Shown piece after piece: positions 36,271 to 49,571 of a DNA stretch of 64,000 bases. Numbering within the stretch: the stretch's first letter is position 1; each line of letters begins with the position of its first letter. The position numbers were made by a program, and so were the translations under genes. Location: the NCBI RefSeq assembly GCF_009914755.1, contig NC_060934.1. One strand, given 5' to 3'. The stretch comes from the human T2T-CHM13v2.0 reference genome, Homo sapiens. The notes beneath the pieces were generated by a model. The model searched no databases, was not told where the DNA came from, and saw only the letters and a program-made list of their open reading frames with translations.

Positions 36271-36639
36271 CTATAAGCTTAAATTCCATTGGACAGCATG
36301 GTGGGGACACCCCCAACACCCTCCTAGATCTATAGCCTCTCTCCAAAGGCCACACTCACCCAGACCCAGGTCTCCACCCTCTGTCTTAGACCGTGTCAAC
36401 AGCAGTTAGGAACTTGACATTGCTCTGACCCTCCGAACACCAGCAGCCAACTCTTTCTGCTTCCTCCTGGTCCCACATCCAGCTCTCAACCTGTACTCCA
36501 GGGGCTTGGGGGCTTCTTTTAAGAAAGCTGAGTCAGACACCAACACACCCCACTAGTCCCTGCACCCACCAGTGCAGCCAGCACCACGCATCTGCCCTCT
36601 CTGCCTGGCCCTGCCTGATCTGGAGGCTCTAGACACCGG

Positions 36640-39600
36640 CACCCCAAGGCGATGCGTTGTTTTCTGGTTTATTTTCACGGGAACGGTTGTTGATGTGGGA
36701 AAGAGAGCAGCCAGCTGACTCCCAGGGCAAGGCTCGCCGGCTTCCTTTCCCTCCCAACTCCCCTGCTCTAGGCCACTGCCTCTGGGGTGGGGCGCCGAGA
36801 AGGAGGCCCTGGGGACCTACCCCCGGCTCTTCTGAGCCAAGTGAGTTCCCAGCTGGCAGCCAACTTCGTTTCTATGGCGGAACTCAGGGTTCCCACGCTC
36901 TTGGAGTAGGACCAGGATGGGATCGCCCTGGGCACGTGGTATCCCCTCCGCCTGCGGGGTCACGACAGCCTAGGCGACGGACAGTCCCGGGCTTAGGGAG
37001 GGAGGCTGATCCCGGGAGCTCTCAGGAGTCCTTCCACCTGCCACCTAGGAGCCCAGTTCGCATCTCTACAGCGCCACACATCTAGGCCAGCCCAGCTCCG
37101 GTCCCAGTCGGTCTCTGCGGAGCCCCAGCCAGCTCCGCGTCTTGGTCCTGGCTTGCGGGTGGCACACAGACAAGCGACCGGGGTGGCCCGGAGAGGTCGT
37201 GCCCCTGGCTGCGAGACGACGCGACAGCACGGCGCTCCGGGGGCCGCAGCGGCGTCGAAGGCGGTCCCTGGGGGCGGGGCTCTGGCACGAGGGGGACCCT
37301 CCCGGGTCAAGTTCACAGAGGCGGAGGGGCCTGGGCTGCGCCCCAGAGCCCCAGGGGGTCCTCTGCTCCCATAAAAAACAAAGACGGGGGCGGCGGAGGG
37401 TGTGGAAGGAAAGAAATTGAAAAGGGAGTGCGGGCGACTGAGGAAAGCTGGAGGGGAAATAGGGGCCTCGGCCACCAGTGGCCTATGTCCATAACTGCCC
37501 TTTGGTTTTGGTGGCCTTGCAGGCCGGGAATCGAGTCTGCCATGTTCGCTTTCAGACGGGCCTCCTGGCAAGCTCTTGGTTGACTGTCCCCAGATGTTGC
37601 GGGAACCCACCCCTCCCCCACACCCTCCCGCCCCAACCCTCCGCAGAGAAGCCGAGGACCACATCCATCCGCTTCCTAGGAACCTGCCCGCACCAGCAGG
37701 CCCTGTTTCCTGGACAAACTGGGCAAAGAAACCTAAGAACCGCGCGATCCCGGCAGGTGGCTTTCTGCGGAGCCAGGGCTGCCAGCGCGGCCGGGCGGCG
37801 CCTCGGGACCCGGCCTGGCATCCGCGGGCGCCCGGGGAGGGCCTTGGCGTCGGCGGGGGTGGGGGTGGGCGGCAGATCCGAAGCAGGGTCGGGGAAAAAC
37901 GGCGTTGCGGGAGGGTTGGGGGGTGGCCTCTGAGGAAGTGGGACAAAAGGCTTTATTTCAGAAGGTACGCCAGGAAAGGGGCGTGGGTCACCAAGTCCTG
38001 CGCAGCAGAGATGGCGCGGCCTGGGAGCCGGGGTCCCTTCTGACCACAGACGTGGCCACCGCCTCTTCTCATCCCGAAGGTCCCAGCCATCCCGAGGTGG
38101 TCAGAGAAGACCCCGACGGGCGGATCGGGCAGTGGAGAGACCCGTGGTCCTCGCGCCTGCTGTGTCGCTGTGTCAATGACCGTGACACTCAGGGCAATCC
38201 TTACCAACACAGAGCAGGACAACGATACCCCGCACCCCCCCGTACAAGTGCAAACTAGTTTCTGTGTTGGGGGAAAAAAGCGAATAAAAGTTTAATAAAC
38301 GTGTGCTGTGTTGTGGATGACTTTGTGACGACCTCTGTTGCAAATGGCCTATGCATGCGGAATAATGGTCTCCTTGCAGAGAGGGAAATAGCTTAGTGCT
38401 ATCATCGTTGCCTCGGTAACCATCAGAGTCCCCATCTAGCAAGAGAGAAATGAGTTATGAAAAGGCTTGAGTGAAGAAGGGATTAACACATGATCCCAGG
38501 GACAGTGTGTCAATCAAAATCAACTGAGAAATTACACTGCTCTATTTGAGAATTTCTCCGGAACCCGCATGGTAGTGGAGTTGGGTGCGTATTTTTTTTC
38601 CTCTCTCTCTTTTTTTCATCTGAGAAAGACGGGGAAAGTATCATCGTGATTATTCTTCATGACTATCATTGAGAATTACACTGAGGGAGGGAAGGGATCA
38701 CAAAAAGGAGGGGTATTTAAGGACACAGGAGTCCCCACCCCAGCCCAGCACGTCTGGGCACCTCGCTCTTGCGCCCGTCTCGGTCCCTCCCTGAGGTCCC
38801 TCCTGCCTCCCGGGGGGACCCCTGTTCCGCTGCCCGTCTCCTCCCCGGCACCCAACTGCGGGGCACGCGCCCGTTGCTCGGCCCTAAAGGGGCCTAGAGC
38901 TGCGCCCCGGGGGCGCGGAAGGTGCGGGGAGAGGGGGTGAGGAAGGACAGTGAGGGGCCGGTCCTGGGCCCGGAGGACTCAGCAGCCGCCTTGGCAGCAA
39001 ATCCTGTAGGCTGTCCCCTGCCTTGGTTGTCTCGATGTTCCGCTCAGCGCTGGGGAAATAAATCGAACCTGGTGCACACCCCTCCCCCAGGTTGTAACAC
39101 AACTGCCCCCCAGCCAACACACACGCCCAAGCACGCAGACTTTGCACACGTGACATGGGGGTCTCAACAATAAAGAAAAAAAAGAAGACCTTACAGCGCG
39201 AAGAAGCGGGCTTTAGTTAATCGATTTCAAACACGCCTGTGGTGCGGCTCAGTGACCCCCTCCGCTCGGCTGAGTCCGCTTGGACTTCCGCTCCGGCGCT
39301 TGAGTCAGGAATTTTGACATAAACCTCAATCCGCTTCCCCCCCACCCACCCCAAGAGAGGGTCTCCCCCTTTTCCAGCCCCCCAAAAAGAGAGAGATGGT
39401 TCTCTTGGAAATACTTGAGAAGCACAAGACCCTGGAAGGGACGCAAAAGTACCTGGGTCTGCTGGAATAGGGGAAAGGGGGCCTCCCTGGGGGGTGACCC
39501 CGGGATAACCACTGGGTCCCATCTGCTGAGCACTGGGGTTCAGCTGGAGGTGGGGAAGCTCAGCGGCTCTCTCTGCCCGGGTTTCTGGCCAGCCCCCGAG

Positions 39601-40620
39601 GGCCAGGCTAGGGGTGGCACCAGGTGCCCGGGGTGACAGGGGTCGGGGCAGCAGAACCCGCACTCCCTATTTCCTGCCAAAGCCCACAGCCTGCTCTTTT
39701 TCCCAAAAGGAAGAGACCTCGCCATCTTCTTGTCCAATTCTCTCCATTAGCAGATGGGGAAACTGAAGCCTGGAGATGACGAAATTACTAACCACCCATT
39801 GACAGGGACGAGGTTAGAGCCCAATTTTCTAAACTTCGGTTGGGAAAATTGGTCCTATTTAAAAGACAGCAAAAAAAGTTTTAAGGAAACTTTTCTCAGA
39901 CTGAGAGCCTTAAGTTTGCCCAGGGAGGGGCCAGGACTGGAGGAGGGGGCTGGCTTGGGGCTGAGGCCAGCTTAGCCTGGGCCCTCTTCTCCGGGTGTCC
40001 AGCGCTCCCCTCTGCCACTTTATTCATTCATTCATTTATTCCTTCGCCCTCCCTCCGCCGCCTCCCCTTCCCCGAGGAGTCTCACACAGGTTTCCAGTCT
40101 TGAGGCCCCAATGGTTAACTCAATCGCCCTGACCCCGGCGCTATTTGATATTTGCCTCCTTGACACTCATTTAGGAGCTCGCAGCGGTAACGTAGACATT
40201 GGACAAGTCCAGCCTGAAACCGAAGCCTCTTGAAAGGGGGGAGACGGGGAGAACCTGATAGCTGGAAACTCGTTTTCTCCAAAGGCTTTCGGGACATTTT
40301 AGCCCGGCTCCGGGTCCGCGGAGCGCCAGGGCGCCGCCAGTGCGGGTGTAAACGTTAAATGTTAGCTATTTGTTCCAATGATTGGCATGAAAATCGACTC
40401 TTTCTTGTCTTCTTTTTTTCCTCCTTCTCCCTCTTTCCTTTCCTTTCTCCCTCTCCCCCTCCGGATTCCCACAAATACTAATCCAACCAGTGGCCCCTCC
40501 ACTGCGCCTTCCCCTCCTACCAGGCGCCACCCAAGTCCGAAAAACTCCCGATCTGGAGAAAAATAAGAAAACAACAGTGACAATCCGGCCGGGGCCGGGG
40601 CCGCGGGGAAGGGGCAATGG
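36640..40620. promoter_or_regulatory. CpG island cluster ~17-21 kb upstream of the main GATA3 TSS
   Basis: High GC and dense CpG at ~36640-38250, ~38740-39700 and ~40100-40620; no Alus. Confidence 0.85.
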
Positions 40621-42988
40621 GGGGAACCTCTTCTGGTTTTGCTCCACTCCTGGAGGCGACACCATTCATCTGCCACCTACTCGCTGCCTCCTCTTCTTCA
40701 GTTCCTTGTATCGTTTTTCTTTTTCTCTTCTCCTACTTTTTTTTGGGGGGGGGGGCGGGTGGGCGGTTATTTCTTTTAACTGGGCTAGAGAGAATGAAAA
40801 GTGTCCGTAACATATTAGGAATTCAGGAGTGCTGTGCTCTCTATTAACGAGAGACAAACAGATGAGCAGATAAGGTAGTCACCTGGTTTCAAAAGTTCCA
40901 GTTTCTGCTTAAAGGGAGCAAAGGACAGAGACGTCTCACTCAGAGCGTGGCAGTTATGCTGCTCCGGAAAGGGAGGCTGGTCCCGCAGTTGAGGCTGGCG
41001 ACAAGCCCCACTTCCCACACCCTCATCTGTTCACTGTCCAGTCCCTGCTCCCAATCGCCCTTAACCCCACTCCCGCAGTCTCTAAATAATAACATGCTTA
41101 TCCCAGTCTCTCTCATTCCAAAAGGCTGGTCCAGCCTCTCCCAGCCCCACTCCACCCTCCTTTTCATTTATCTTATTTGTTCTGTCATTCCCCATAGCTT
41201 CTTCCAATGTAACCTTTCCAAACTCTGATTAGTAGAAGCTTCATTCTCTTCACTCACGCTTTTCCCCCAAGCCCCCTCTCTCCCTTTCTCTCTCCTTCTT
41301 AAAAGATTTTGGAGCCGGGAAGATAAGATATGCAATCCTCTATCGGGAATCCTGTGATATTAAAGATCAAACGTAGCATCAATGGAAGACCAAATGCAGG
41401 GGGAAACAAAAGGGGGAGGCTGGGAGATGCTCATCAGCTAATTACAGCTGCAAATATTATGCAAATTTATCTTGGCACAGAAATGGAGAAAGCGAGTTTA
41501 AGTGCGGAGATAATGCCGGAAAATTGAATGTTCATCTGGGCATGGGAAACGGCCCAGTAGGCTCCATTGGTCTGTTTCATCTAGGGAAGCACCGTTTTTA
41601 TGCTCCTATCAGATCATCCGCACTTCACTGGTTGGGGCTGAGAAATTAATATTACTTATAATTGATACTTGAAATTCTTGGAGCGATGTGTCATACAGAG
41701 ACGGAAGAGAGGAATCGGGGAAAAGGGAGAGGGAAGGGGAGAAAAGAAGAGAGCGGAAGAAGAGGGAAGTCACACATTATTGAATATAGAATTGCAATCT
41801 GAAGTCTGAAGTCCACTGTGCTGAGGCCAGAACGAACTGGAAGACAAAGGAAAAAATATCCCAGAAAATCTGGGATATTTTCTGGGTCTCCCTCTACCAC
41901 CACCTAAAACCTGAAATATCTTTCTGATCAAGATTCAAGCTTTAAAAAAAAAATAAATCGATAATTATTTGGCTGCCTACTTAGCTTGAGAGTGTAGGAC
42001 AGGGTCAGGAGTTGAGATTTGAACTCAACTCATGAGTTACTTAAATGAGAAACCTAGGTTACCCCAGGGGAGGAAAACTGCGTGGCTGACGGGTGTGACC
42101 ACTCCAGGCTGCTCTTTTGGACCCAAGCAGAGGGAAGGCAGGGTGCTTTGCTCTTTGGAACCTCACCTCTGCCTCTGCCCTTACCAGACCCATTTCCTCC
42201 ATCTTTACTGGCCCATTTCAACCTTCTTCAAACTACTCAAGAACTATCTGGGAAATGACACTCCCAGGAAATAAACTCCAGATCCTCACACTTCAGGAAT
42301 AAATGTTCTTAAGTATAGGGAAGAAGGGAGACAACGGGAACTACAGTGAACAGAAAATAATTCTTAAAAAAAAAGTCCTCATCCCATCTCCCGGTACAAA
42401 ATCTGCTGCAACCTAGGGAAAGGTGGAGAATTTCAGACGAGAGCATTAGTCGGTGCAAGCCATCCAATTACCAGGAAATTATGATCTGACGTCAGGAGGA
42501 ACAATTGGAGAACGAATATGTATGAATCTCCTCTCACTGTTTTGCATATTTGCAACGATTGTTTAATCCAAGCAACCAGAAAGTAATCAACAGGCACAAA
42601 AAGCTTAAAGAGCAAATTACCAATGACTCCTGCCCCTTCCACTTCCTGAAGCCGGGAGATTCTGGTGCTGTCAGTGGTTGGGAGGGGACTCCCCGTACAG
42701 CCTTGGATTCTGAAATCCATCCTGTAAGAGGCAGCCAGTAAAGCCTGTTGCGTTGAGGTGGCTTTTGTTCCTTCGGCGTTAGGGTAAAAGACAAAAGAAA
42801 CAAAAATGCCAATTATTGGACTTAATTAACCATTAAATGAGATGTGTATCCTCTTCTCTCTAACTCAAAAATGGAGGGAAGTTGATGAGGTTAGGTGTGG
42901 GGTGGGGTCTAGGAGCACCCTCCCACCCTTGTGATCTAATTAGAGGAAACCTATGCATATTCCGCCAGTGTTAACAGACAAAGCCAGG

Positions 42989-43010
42989 ATATATATATAC
43001 ATATATATAT

Positions 43011-43042
<32 letters not shown>
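42989..43042. repeat. (TA)n(CA)n compound microsatellite
   Basis: Direct read. Confidence 0.95.
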
Positions 43043-43044
<2 letters not shown>

Positions 43045-45939
43045 CATACTTTTATAAAAAAGAGCAATAAACATGGAGAGGAACCAGGAATTGATTTTTT
43101 TTTTTCTTGTTTACTTGGAATGGGGCTGGAGTGGGCAGCAGTTAGGGTGGGAGCTGTTGGGGGGGCGAGCTCTGGTGAGGAGAGAGAACATCTCAGAAAA
43201 ATTAACATTATTGGTATCTTTCTATATAAAGATGCAAATGGCATTTTATTTTAACTTGGCCCTGTGCTTTAGTCAGTGTTTATGATTAATTATCTCCTTT
43301 TTCATAAAAATAAATCATGTTAAAAATTAGGATCTCCACGCTGGGGAGAAACTAAGCACTAGTTTCAGGTCGATCTTGTTAATTTCAGCCTGAAATTGAC
43401 ACACTAATTAAAGAGCAGCGTGGTAAAGCACGAGCAGGCAAGATTATACTCAGCTTTTTTTTTTTTTTTTTATCAGATCTACCTTATATTTTCCCAATTA
43501 AAAACTGCGAAAAGCAGTTTCATTGCCCCAGGATAAAAAATAAGGGCCCCCTTTTCACAACATGGGCCATCACTTTCTACCATCAGATTCATTGTGATGT
43601 ATTAGATGCAATAAATTATCCCATGTAACAAAACATTGGGAGCTGAAAGGCAGATAATCTGGAAAGCAGAGATAAGGATTCATTATTCCAAATCATTATG
43701 AATCCAACGTTGCCTCTGACTTCTTTCTTAATCAGCTCCTCTGATCCTGGATATGTGAGCAGCACAGATAAGGAAAGAGTCGTTTATAATTCTCCACCTC
43801 GTCTAATATTTTAAAATAAAGTCAGAGGCAAGAAAACGCCATAAAACACTGGTGAGCAGGCAAGCGCCGAATGAAAAATCACTTCCATGTTATTATATCC
43901 ACAGTAAGATTTAATTAAAATTCTCCACGTCCACGTGCTTTATTTTCAGATAGGATTTTTTCCCATCACGTAATAATTGATAGGAATTTGCAAACGGGGC
44001 TATTTATTTAGGGCGCCTGGGTGGAATAGGTCTGATTTTTTTTTTTTAATTTTCAGTCATTGCTTTTGAAACTTTCATTTGCGATATCCATAGTTTCAGA
44101 CCACCTAGGCCCCCATCACCCACCCGCCCCACCCGGGCTACAGTTCTTGGTCCCGGAAATGTAGTCGTAGTCATGGTCCTGAAAGGAGAGTTTAACAAAA
44201 ATGTTCTTTTATAAGAAGAAACAGAAAACTGGGTTGTTCCCATGTGATACCTCTTTTATGCCCTCTCAATTCCTACCCCCACGCATATTTATAATAAAAT
44301 AAATCTCAATGAGTGGAGTTGGAAGATTAGAACTTTCAAACCCGGTGGTGTGTGTTGTTGTGTGGAGGAGTGCACTTTAAGGAACTAAACCAATCTGAGT
44401 ATTTGTAGGAAGGTAGAACAATTGAAAAGGGAGGGTGACGCTGAACACTGATGGGCAGAAAGAAAAATATTATCTGTTTTAGGGAAAAGAAACAAGTTGT
44501 TGGAAACCTGGATGAATAAATATGTTGGTTCTGCAGCTCTACACAGAGCTACTCTATGTGGCCACACGTTCTTAGGAAGATTGGAGATTCTGCCACTGAT
44601 TACCTCTTCCTACAGGATCTCTTTTTCTTTATCCAACAGGTGAACTTCATATCTATGTGGCCATCGTGGAGATCTGGACACACTGTTTCTATTATCTATC
44701 AGTCATTTACTGATCCATCTTCTACCTCCACATGTCCGGTGACTTCCCTTTATATTTAAAATCCAATCAAATGCCTTAGCTTCTAGAAACGTGGTCTCAT
44801 AAAACTCTCAGGATGTACCACAGGATTGAAAGTGGCTGGTGCCGGTGCCAATTAGGATGAGGCGCTTGCCTTCAGGAAGAGTCCCAAAGCCAAGCTCTGA
44901 CTCCAGGACCAGGGTTCTGGTCCGTCTCTCTAGCTGGTTCAGCTCTGAATCCACACCTGAGAAGCATGAACGCCCGCCCAGGGACAAAGGGCTACAAGGC
45001 TGGTGGTAGGTGCTTCAGGGAGGGTAAATGGAGCCAGAGAGGTCGGAAGCAGGGTGCAGCGTCATGGGGTGCGAGGAAGAGGTGACCAGCAGTGGGTGTT
45101 CGTGTCTGTGTGTGGCTGTGAGTGGGTCCGTGCCTGGGCTGGGACTCTAGGCATGCACCTCACTCAAAAACTTTTCAATGAAAAGATTCCCTCCCAGAAA
45201 GTCCTAAAACCTCGGAGCAAAGCCACCCCTGTCCCCTCAGGCATGTTAGGTTAGGGCGGGTTCTGAGCAACTGGGCTCCGTTGCTCCTTAGTGTGTAAGC
45301 TATAGACAGTTGTCCCTGTATACAGAATGTCATTTACTCTCTCTTCTCTTCTCGCCCTCTGTCACCCCCAAGTATATTTACATGCACAGAAACCGGAGCC
45401 ATGAATCAGTGAGCCAGAGTGGTAGCTTTTAAAATTCAGGAAGCGAATTGGGGCTTCATTAAAGCAGTATCTTTGCCGTGTGCCTGGCCCGATGTCCACT
45501 CCTCAGAGATAAATCTTCAGCCCTACTGCCCAGGAAGTCCGACCAAGCTACTGACGGGAGGATTTTTCTCACTTTGCTTCCTTCTCAGAATAAATTATCT
45601 CCTTCCTCCCCCACTTCCTCCCCATCCTCAAACCTGCCCCAACTCTCCTGGAATACCTCGGCCTGATCAGCAGGATTTCCACCCCTAAGCCCATCAAGAC
45701 AGCAAGAAATGTCCAGCTGGCAGCATTTGCCCCTGTCTGATCATTAAATTGGAAAACAGCTGTATTTTTATTAAGCCCTTTGGATTTTCTTTTTAAAACC
45801 TGAGTCTCTTTGGCAGTCAAATTTCCTTCCATCAAGGCATCTTCCCTTAAAGGTAGAATTGGGGTGATGGGGAGATGTGTGTAGGCCATCAGATTTCACA
45901 ACCCCTCATCAAGGAGTCACTTTGGACCCGAGAAAAGCA

Positions 45940-47050
45940 AGTGCCCGCGTCAGCAGAAAAGGAACGGGGAGCGAGGCCGCCAGATCGACGGGAAACAGGC
46001 GGAGAGAGGGTCGTCGGCGCTCAGGGCCGGGGTGGCCCGGGGGACGGAGGAGAGATAGGAGAGCCCGCCCTGGGTCTCAGAGGGTGCTGTTGCGTGCTGC
46101 AGGTTCTAAGGGAAAAGGGCTTTCCCCTGGCAGGAGAGCCAAAGGCGGGGAAGGGAGAAGGAGGGGCGGGAGAATGAGGACCAGAAGCCGGAGAAGGGAG
46201 GCTGGAGGAAGACGCAAGTGGCCCCTCCGACCTAGTGGACGGCGAGTTGAGGTACAGTTAATGCCCGGGCCAAGGAGACAACTGTCGCCGCCTTGGTGAC
46301 GGATGCCCCCTCCCTGGGCCCCCGCCCTAGTCCCCATGGGGGGAGCAGCGCGCCAGAAGGGAGTAGGCGTTGTTGGGACCCTCTGGGGGTCTGGAATGCC
46401 AGCGACACTTCTCTTCCCAGCCGCAGGGGCCTTCCTGGGACAGGCCAGGTAGCCCCCACCCCCCCGACCCCGTTCGTCAGGGCAACAGGTTGGGTGCAAG
46501 CTGTCAAGAGATGGCCTTCTCCCTGGGTCCTCAAAACGCGCCAAGAACGTGGCTCTGCCACTTGGTGGCGGAAGGCGGGAGGCACAGGGCAGGAAGGTGG
46601 AGGAGGGGCTGCATTCGTGACGACGGGGGAGCAGAGAGGGAAGGACTTAGGGACTCCCCAGAGGGCAGACAGACCTGGCCAGCTTGGCAAATCATAAATC
46701 CCTCTCCCTGGACCCTCGGCCTAAACCTACCCCCAGGGTGTGCAGCGGAGGCGCACAGGGGTTGGCTGACGGGCTGGGGTGCGCCTGGGTGGAGGCTGGT
46801 TTGGGGTTCTGGCGTCTGGAGGCAGGCCATGGAACCAGAGGAGAGGGCAGGAGGGCCCACCGCGCAGAGCTGCGGCCCGGCTCCTAGAGTGGCGCCCCCA
46901 GCCTGGGCATCGCGCTCAACTGCTCTCTGAACCCCATGTCCACGAGGGTTCGCCCTCAAACCACCTCCACCTCTGTCCACACCCCAGTTCTCCCGACTCC
47001 AGGGACCAAGTGCCTCGGCCTCCCCGCCACGAAATGGCCACCCCCAAGCC
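45940..47050. promoter_or_regulatory. CpG island
   Basis: GC-rich, CpG-dense segment. Confidence 0.8.
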
Positions 47051-48249
47051 CTTTGCCCCATGAAAATAGCAACTTCTTCCTACCCAACCGGTTGGAGCAC
47101 AAGAAACTTCTTAACTTCCTGGCCCAGCCACAGACAAATTTTGTTTTATTTCTCCCCAAAGATTTATTTATTTTTAAAGTCAGTCTCCATATTCTTATTG
47201 TATAAATATTGTGAAGGGAAAACTCTACCTGTCAAAACAAATGGACTCTGGCCTTTCTACCCCAATGTTTATGGAGTTTCATTTTACTCTTGCCGAAATT
47301 TATTCATGACAGATTCTCTCTCCGTGGATTATTTTGATCTCCTCACCAGCAGGGGTAGGGATGGTACGGGAGAGAGGTGGTTTTGCAGGGAGGGCTGGAG
47401 TTTACATGGCCCTATGGGTGGCCCAGCGGGATCATTTTCTTTCTGACATTTTATCTCCAGCGCGACCTCTGATTCCTGCTTTCTTATCTCACTCTGCTAG
47501 AAGGCAGATTTTCCCTAGAAGTCTTCTTAAAAAGAATTGAGACCCCTAGAGAGTGCCCCCAACCTCTGGTATGTGTGCCCAAGGATACCCCATCTCCAAA
47601 TATTCTTATGCCTACTCCGAGGAGGGTCAGAGGGTAGCAGCCCGTCACCCAGCATCCTGCACCTCCTAACTTTTACGGGGCAACTACGGCTCAGGAGAGA
47701 TGAAAGTAGAATGGGGGCGTTTTGGAGGCATCAGCATAGACAGAAACAGGAGAAATAGTCGGAAGGGAGAGGGAGAGCCCTGGAGGGCAGAGACCCTAAC
47801 TCCTTCGACCTGCTAATGGATGCCACTGGCCGGACCAAGACAGGCTCCCCCTGGGTCCCCAATGCTCCCAAAAGTGGAAGGAAAATGCCATGCATGGGTT
47901 TATGCCTATGGTAATGACCTAGTCAACACTTCTGATGACATGTATAGTGTTAATCCCAACCCTGCCAGAAGACAGCGGGCTGTGCAGGCGCCAGGGGCCG
48001 GTCACATTTCAGGCCGCCTTTCCCCACCCCCGCCAGATCTGTCAGTTTCACACACCCCTGATGTGCGGTTTGCCTGTTTGCAAAAGGGGGTGAAATTCAT
48101 TCCCTCGCTGTTTCTCCTTCCCTCCCTCCCTTTCCCTCTTCGCAACCCGGAAGAGCTCCGCTCTCTACAGTGAGCAGGAGAAGGCGGAGGGGAGGGGGCT
48201 CCCAGGAAGAACGTACATCGCCCAGGTTTTACCTCTCGCTGGAAGCCCG

Positions 48250-48395
48250 CCTGAGATGCGGTGAGCAGTTCCAGCGGCCAGGACGGCAGCGGCGGCCACA
48301 GTGGCGAACTCTGCCTGTCATTTCTGCCTTCAGATCTCCGGGCGAGTCAGGAAAAAAAATAAAAAACAGCTGGCCCTCGGGAGCGAGCTGCCCAG
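48250..48395 (+). other. GATA3: Candidate GATA3 distal non-coding first exon (exon 1a); 5' end approximate
   Basis: CpG-rich segment ending in a good donor CCCAG|gtcagt (48395/48396), about 9-10 kb upstream of exon 1b. This is where the known Notch-responsive distal promoter lies. An RBPJ-type site TTTCACACA is at 48046-48054. Confidence 0.6.
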
Positions 48396-49525
48396 GTCAG
48401 TGAATATCACTCTCTTCCCTCTCTAACTCCGCACTCCCTCTGCCCGCTCCACGTGGAGAGAATTAGGAGGAGGCCTCCTCTCCAAAGGGCAGACTCCCTC
48501 TGAAAGAAACTAAACTAGAACCCAGTTCTTATTGTTCTTTTTGGTCACTGGAAATCTCTGGGTTTCTGTGGTGACCTTGGGCGGGTACGGTGTGTGAGTG
48601 TGTGGATGTCCTCGTTTGCAGGAAAGAGCTGGTAGAAGTAGGGATGTGAAGAAAAACCCAACGGAAGAATGAGAGCCCGTGGGAATGCTTGGAAAGGGCC
48701 GGAGACACTTTTCCCACTGCAAGGAGGGCAGAGGATTGGGGAAAACAACCCCTGTGCCCAGGAGCCTTCTTCTAAAGGTGGCTTCAGTGTCAATTTCATG
48801 TTTATTTTCCTCTGTTTAAAGGTGTGTGTTGAGGCTCATTGTCTCTGCATATAATTAAAGAAACAGCTCTGCTCTGTAAGATAAAGTTGGAACCCAGATG
48901 TGTCTGCATCTGGCATACCCCCGGGAAGCTAGGGGTCCGGAGGCTTCTTTGCTTCCAGGAGCACCCTGAGGTGGGTGAGAAAACCGCAGCCTCCCCAGAG
49001 GGTGCCCAGGGGCATCCGAAGCGGAAGGGGCAGAGAGGACAAGATTTGGACTTAACTCCCGGGACAGCAGACCAACAGACCTCCAAAAAGTCACTCAGAG
49101 GCAGTTCCCCCCTGAAGACAGATATTGTTAAAATGTCAAGGAAGTGGAGTGAATCTGGGCAGGACAGCTGCTTTACATGCCTTTTCTTTCTCTCGGACAC
49201 CAACAGGGTGCCTGAGGAAAGTGACACCGGTGATTCTGGCAAGGGCAGGGGGGAAAGTGCGGCATCTCCCTCGGCTTCGTTCCCATATTTCCTGGTCCTT
49301 CTCTCCTCCCTATTGTCCATGCTCACCAGGATGCTGGGGTCGCAGATGGGAGATTAAGAACTTTAAAGGGATCCATGTTGAAGTAGCATTTCCAAAGCCT
49401 CCTCTGCCTAGCGGCTGCTGCCGAGAACGTAGTGGTAGTAGCAGTGGGTGGGCTGGGGGTCTAGCCAGGCAGGTTGAGTCCATCCAGGCATCTGTAAATG
49501 AGATGCTTGGGGGCCCAAATGGCTG

Positions 49526-49528
<3 letters not shown>

Positions 49529-49570
<42 letters not shown>
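49529..49570. repeat. (GT)21 microsatellite
   Basis: Direct read. Confidence 0.95.

Positions 49571-49571
<1 letters not shown>

Noticed and set aside
36993-37946. 317-aa minus-strand ORF
   Set aside because: Lies in a CpG island with stop-poor composition; Pro/Arg/Gly/Ala-rich, non-ATG start, no domain.
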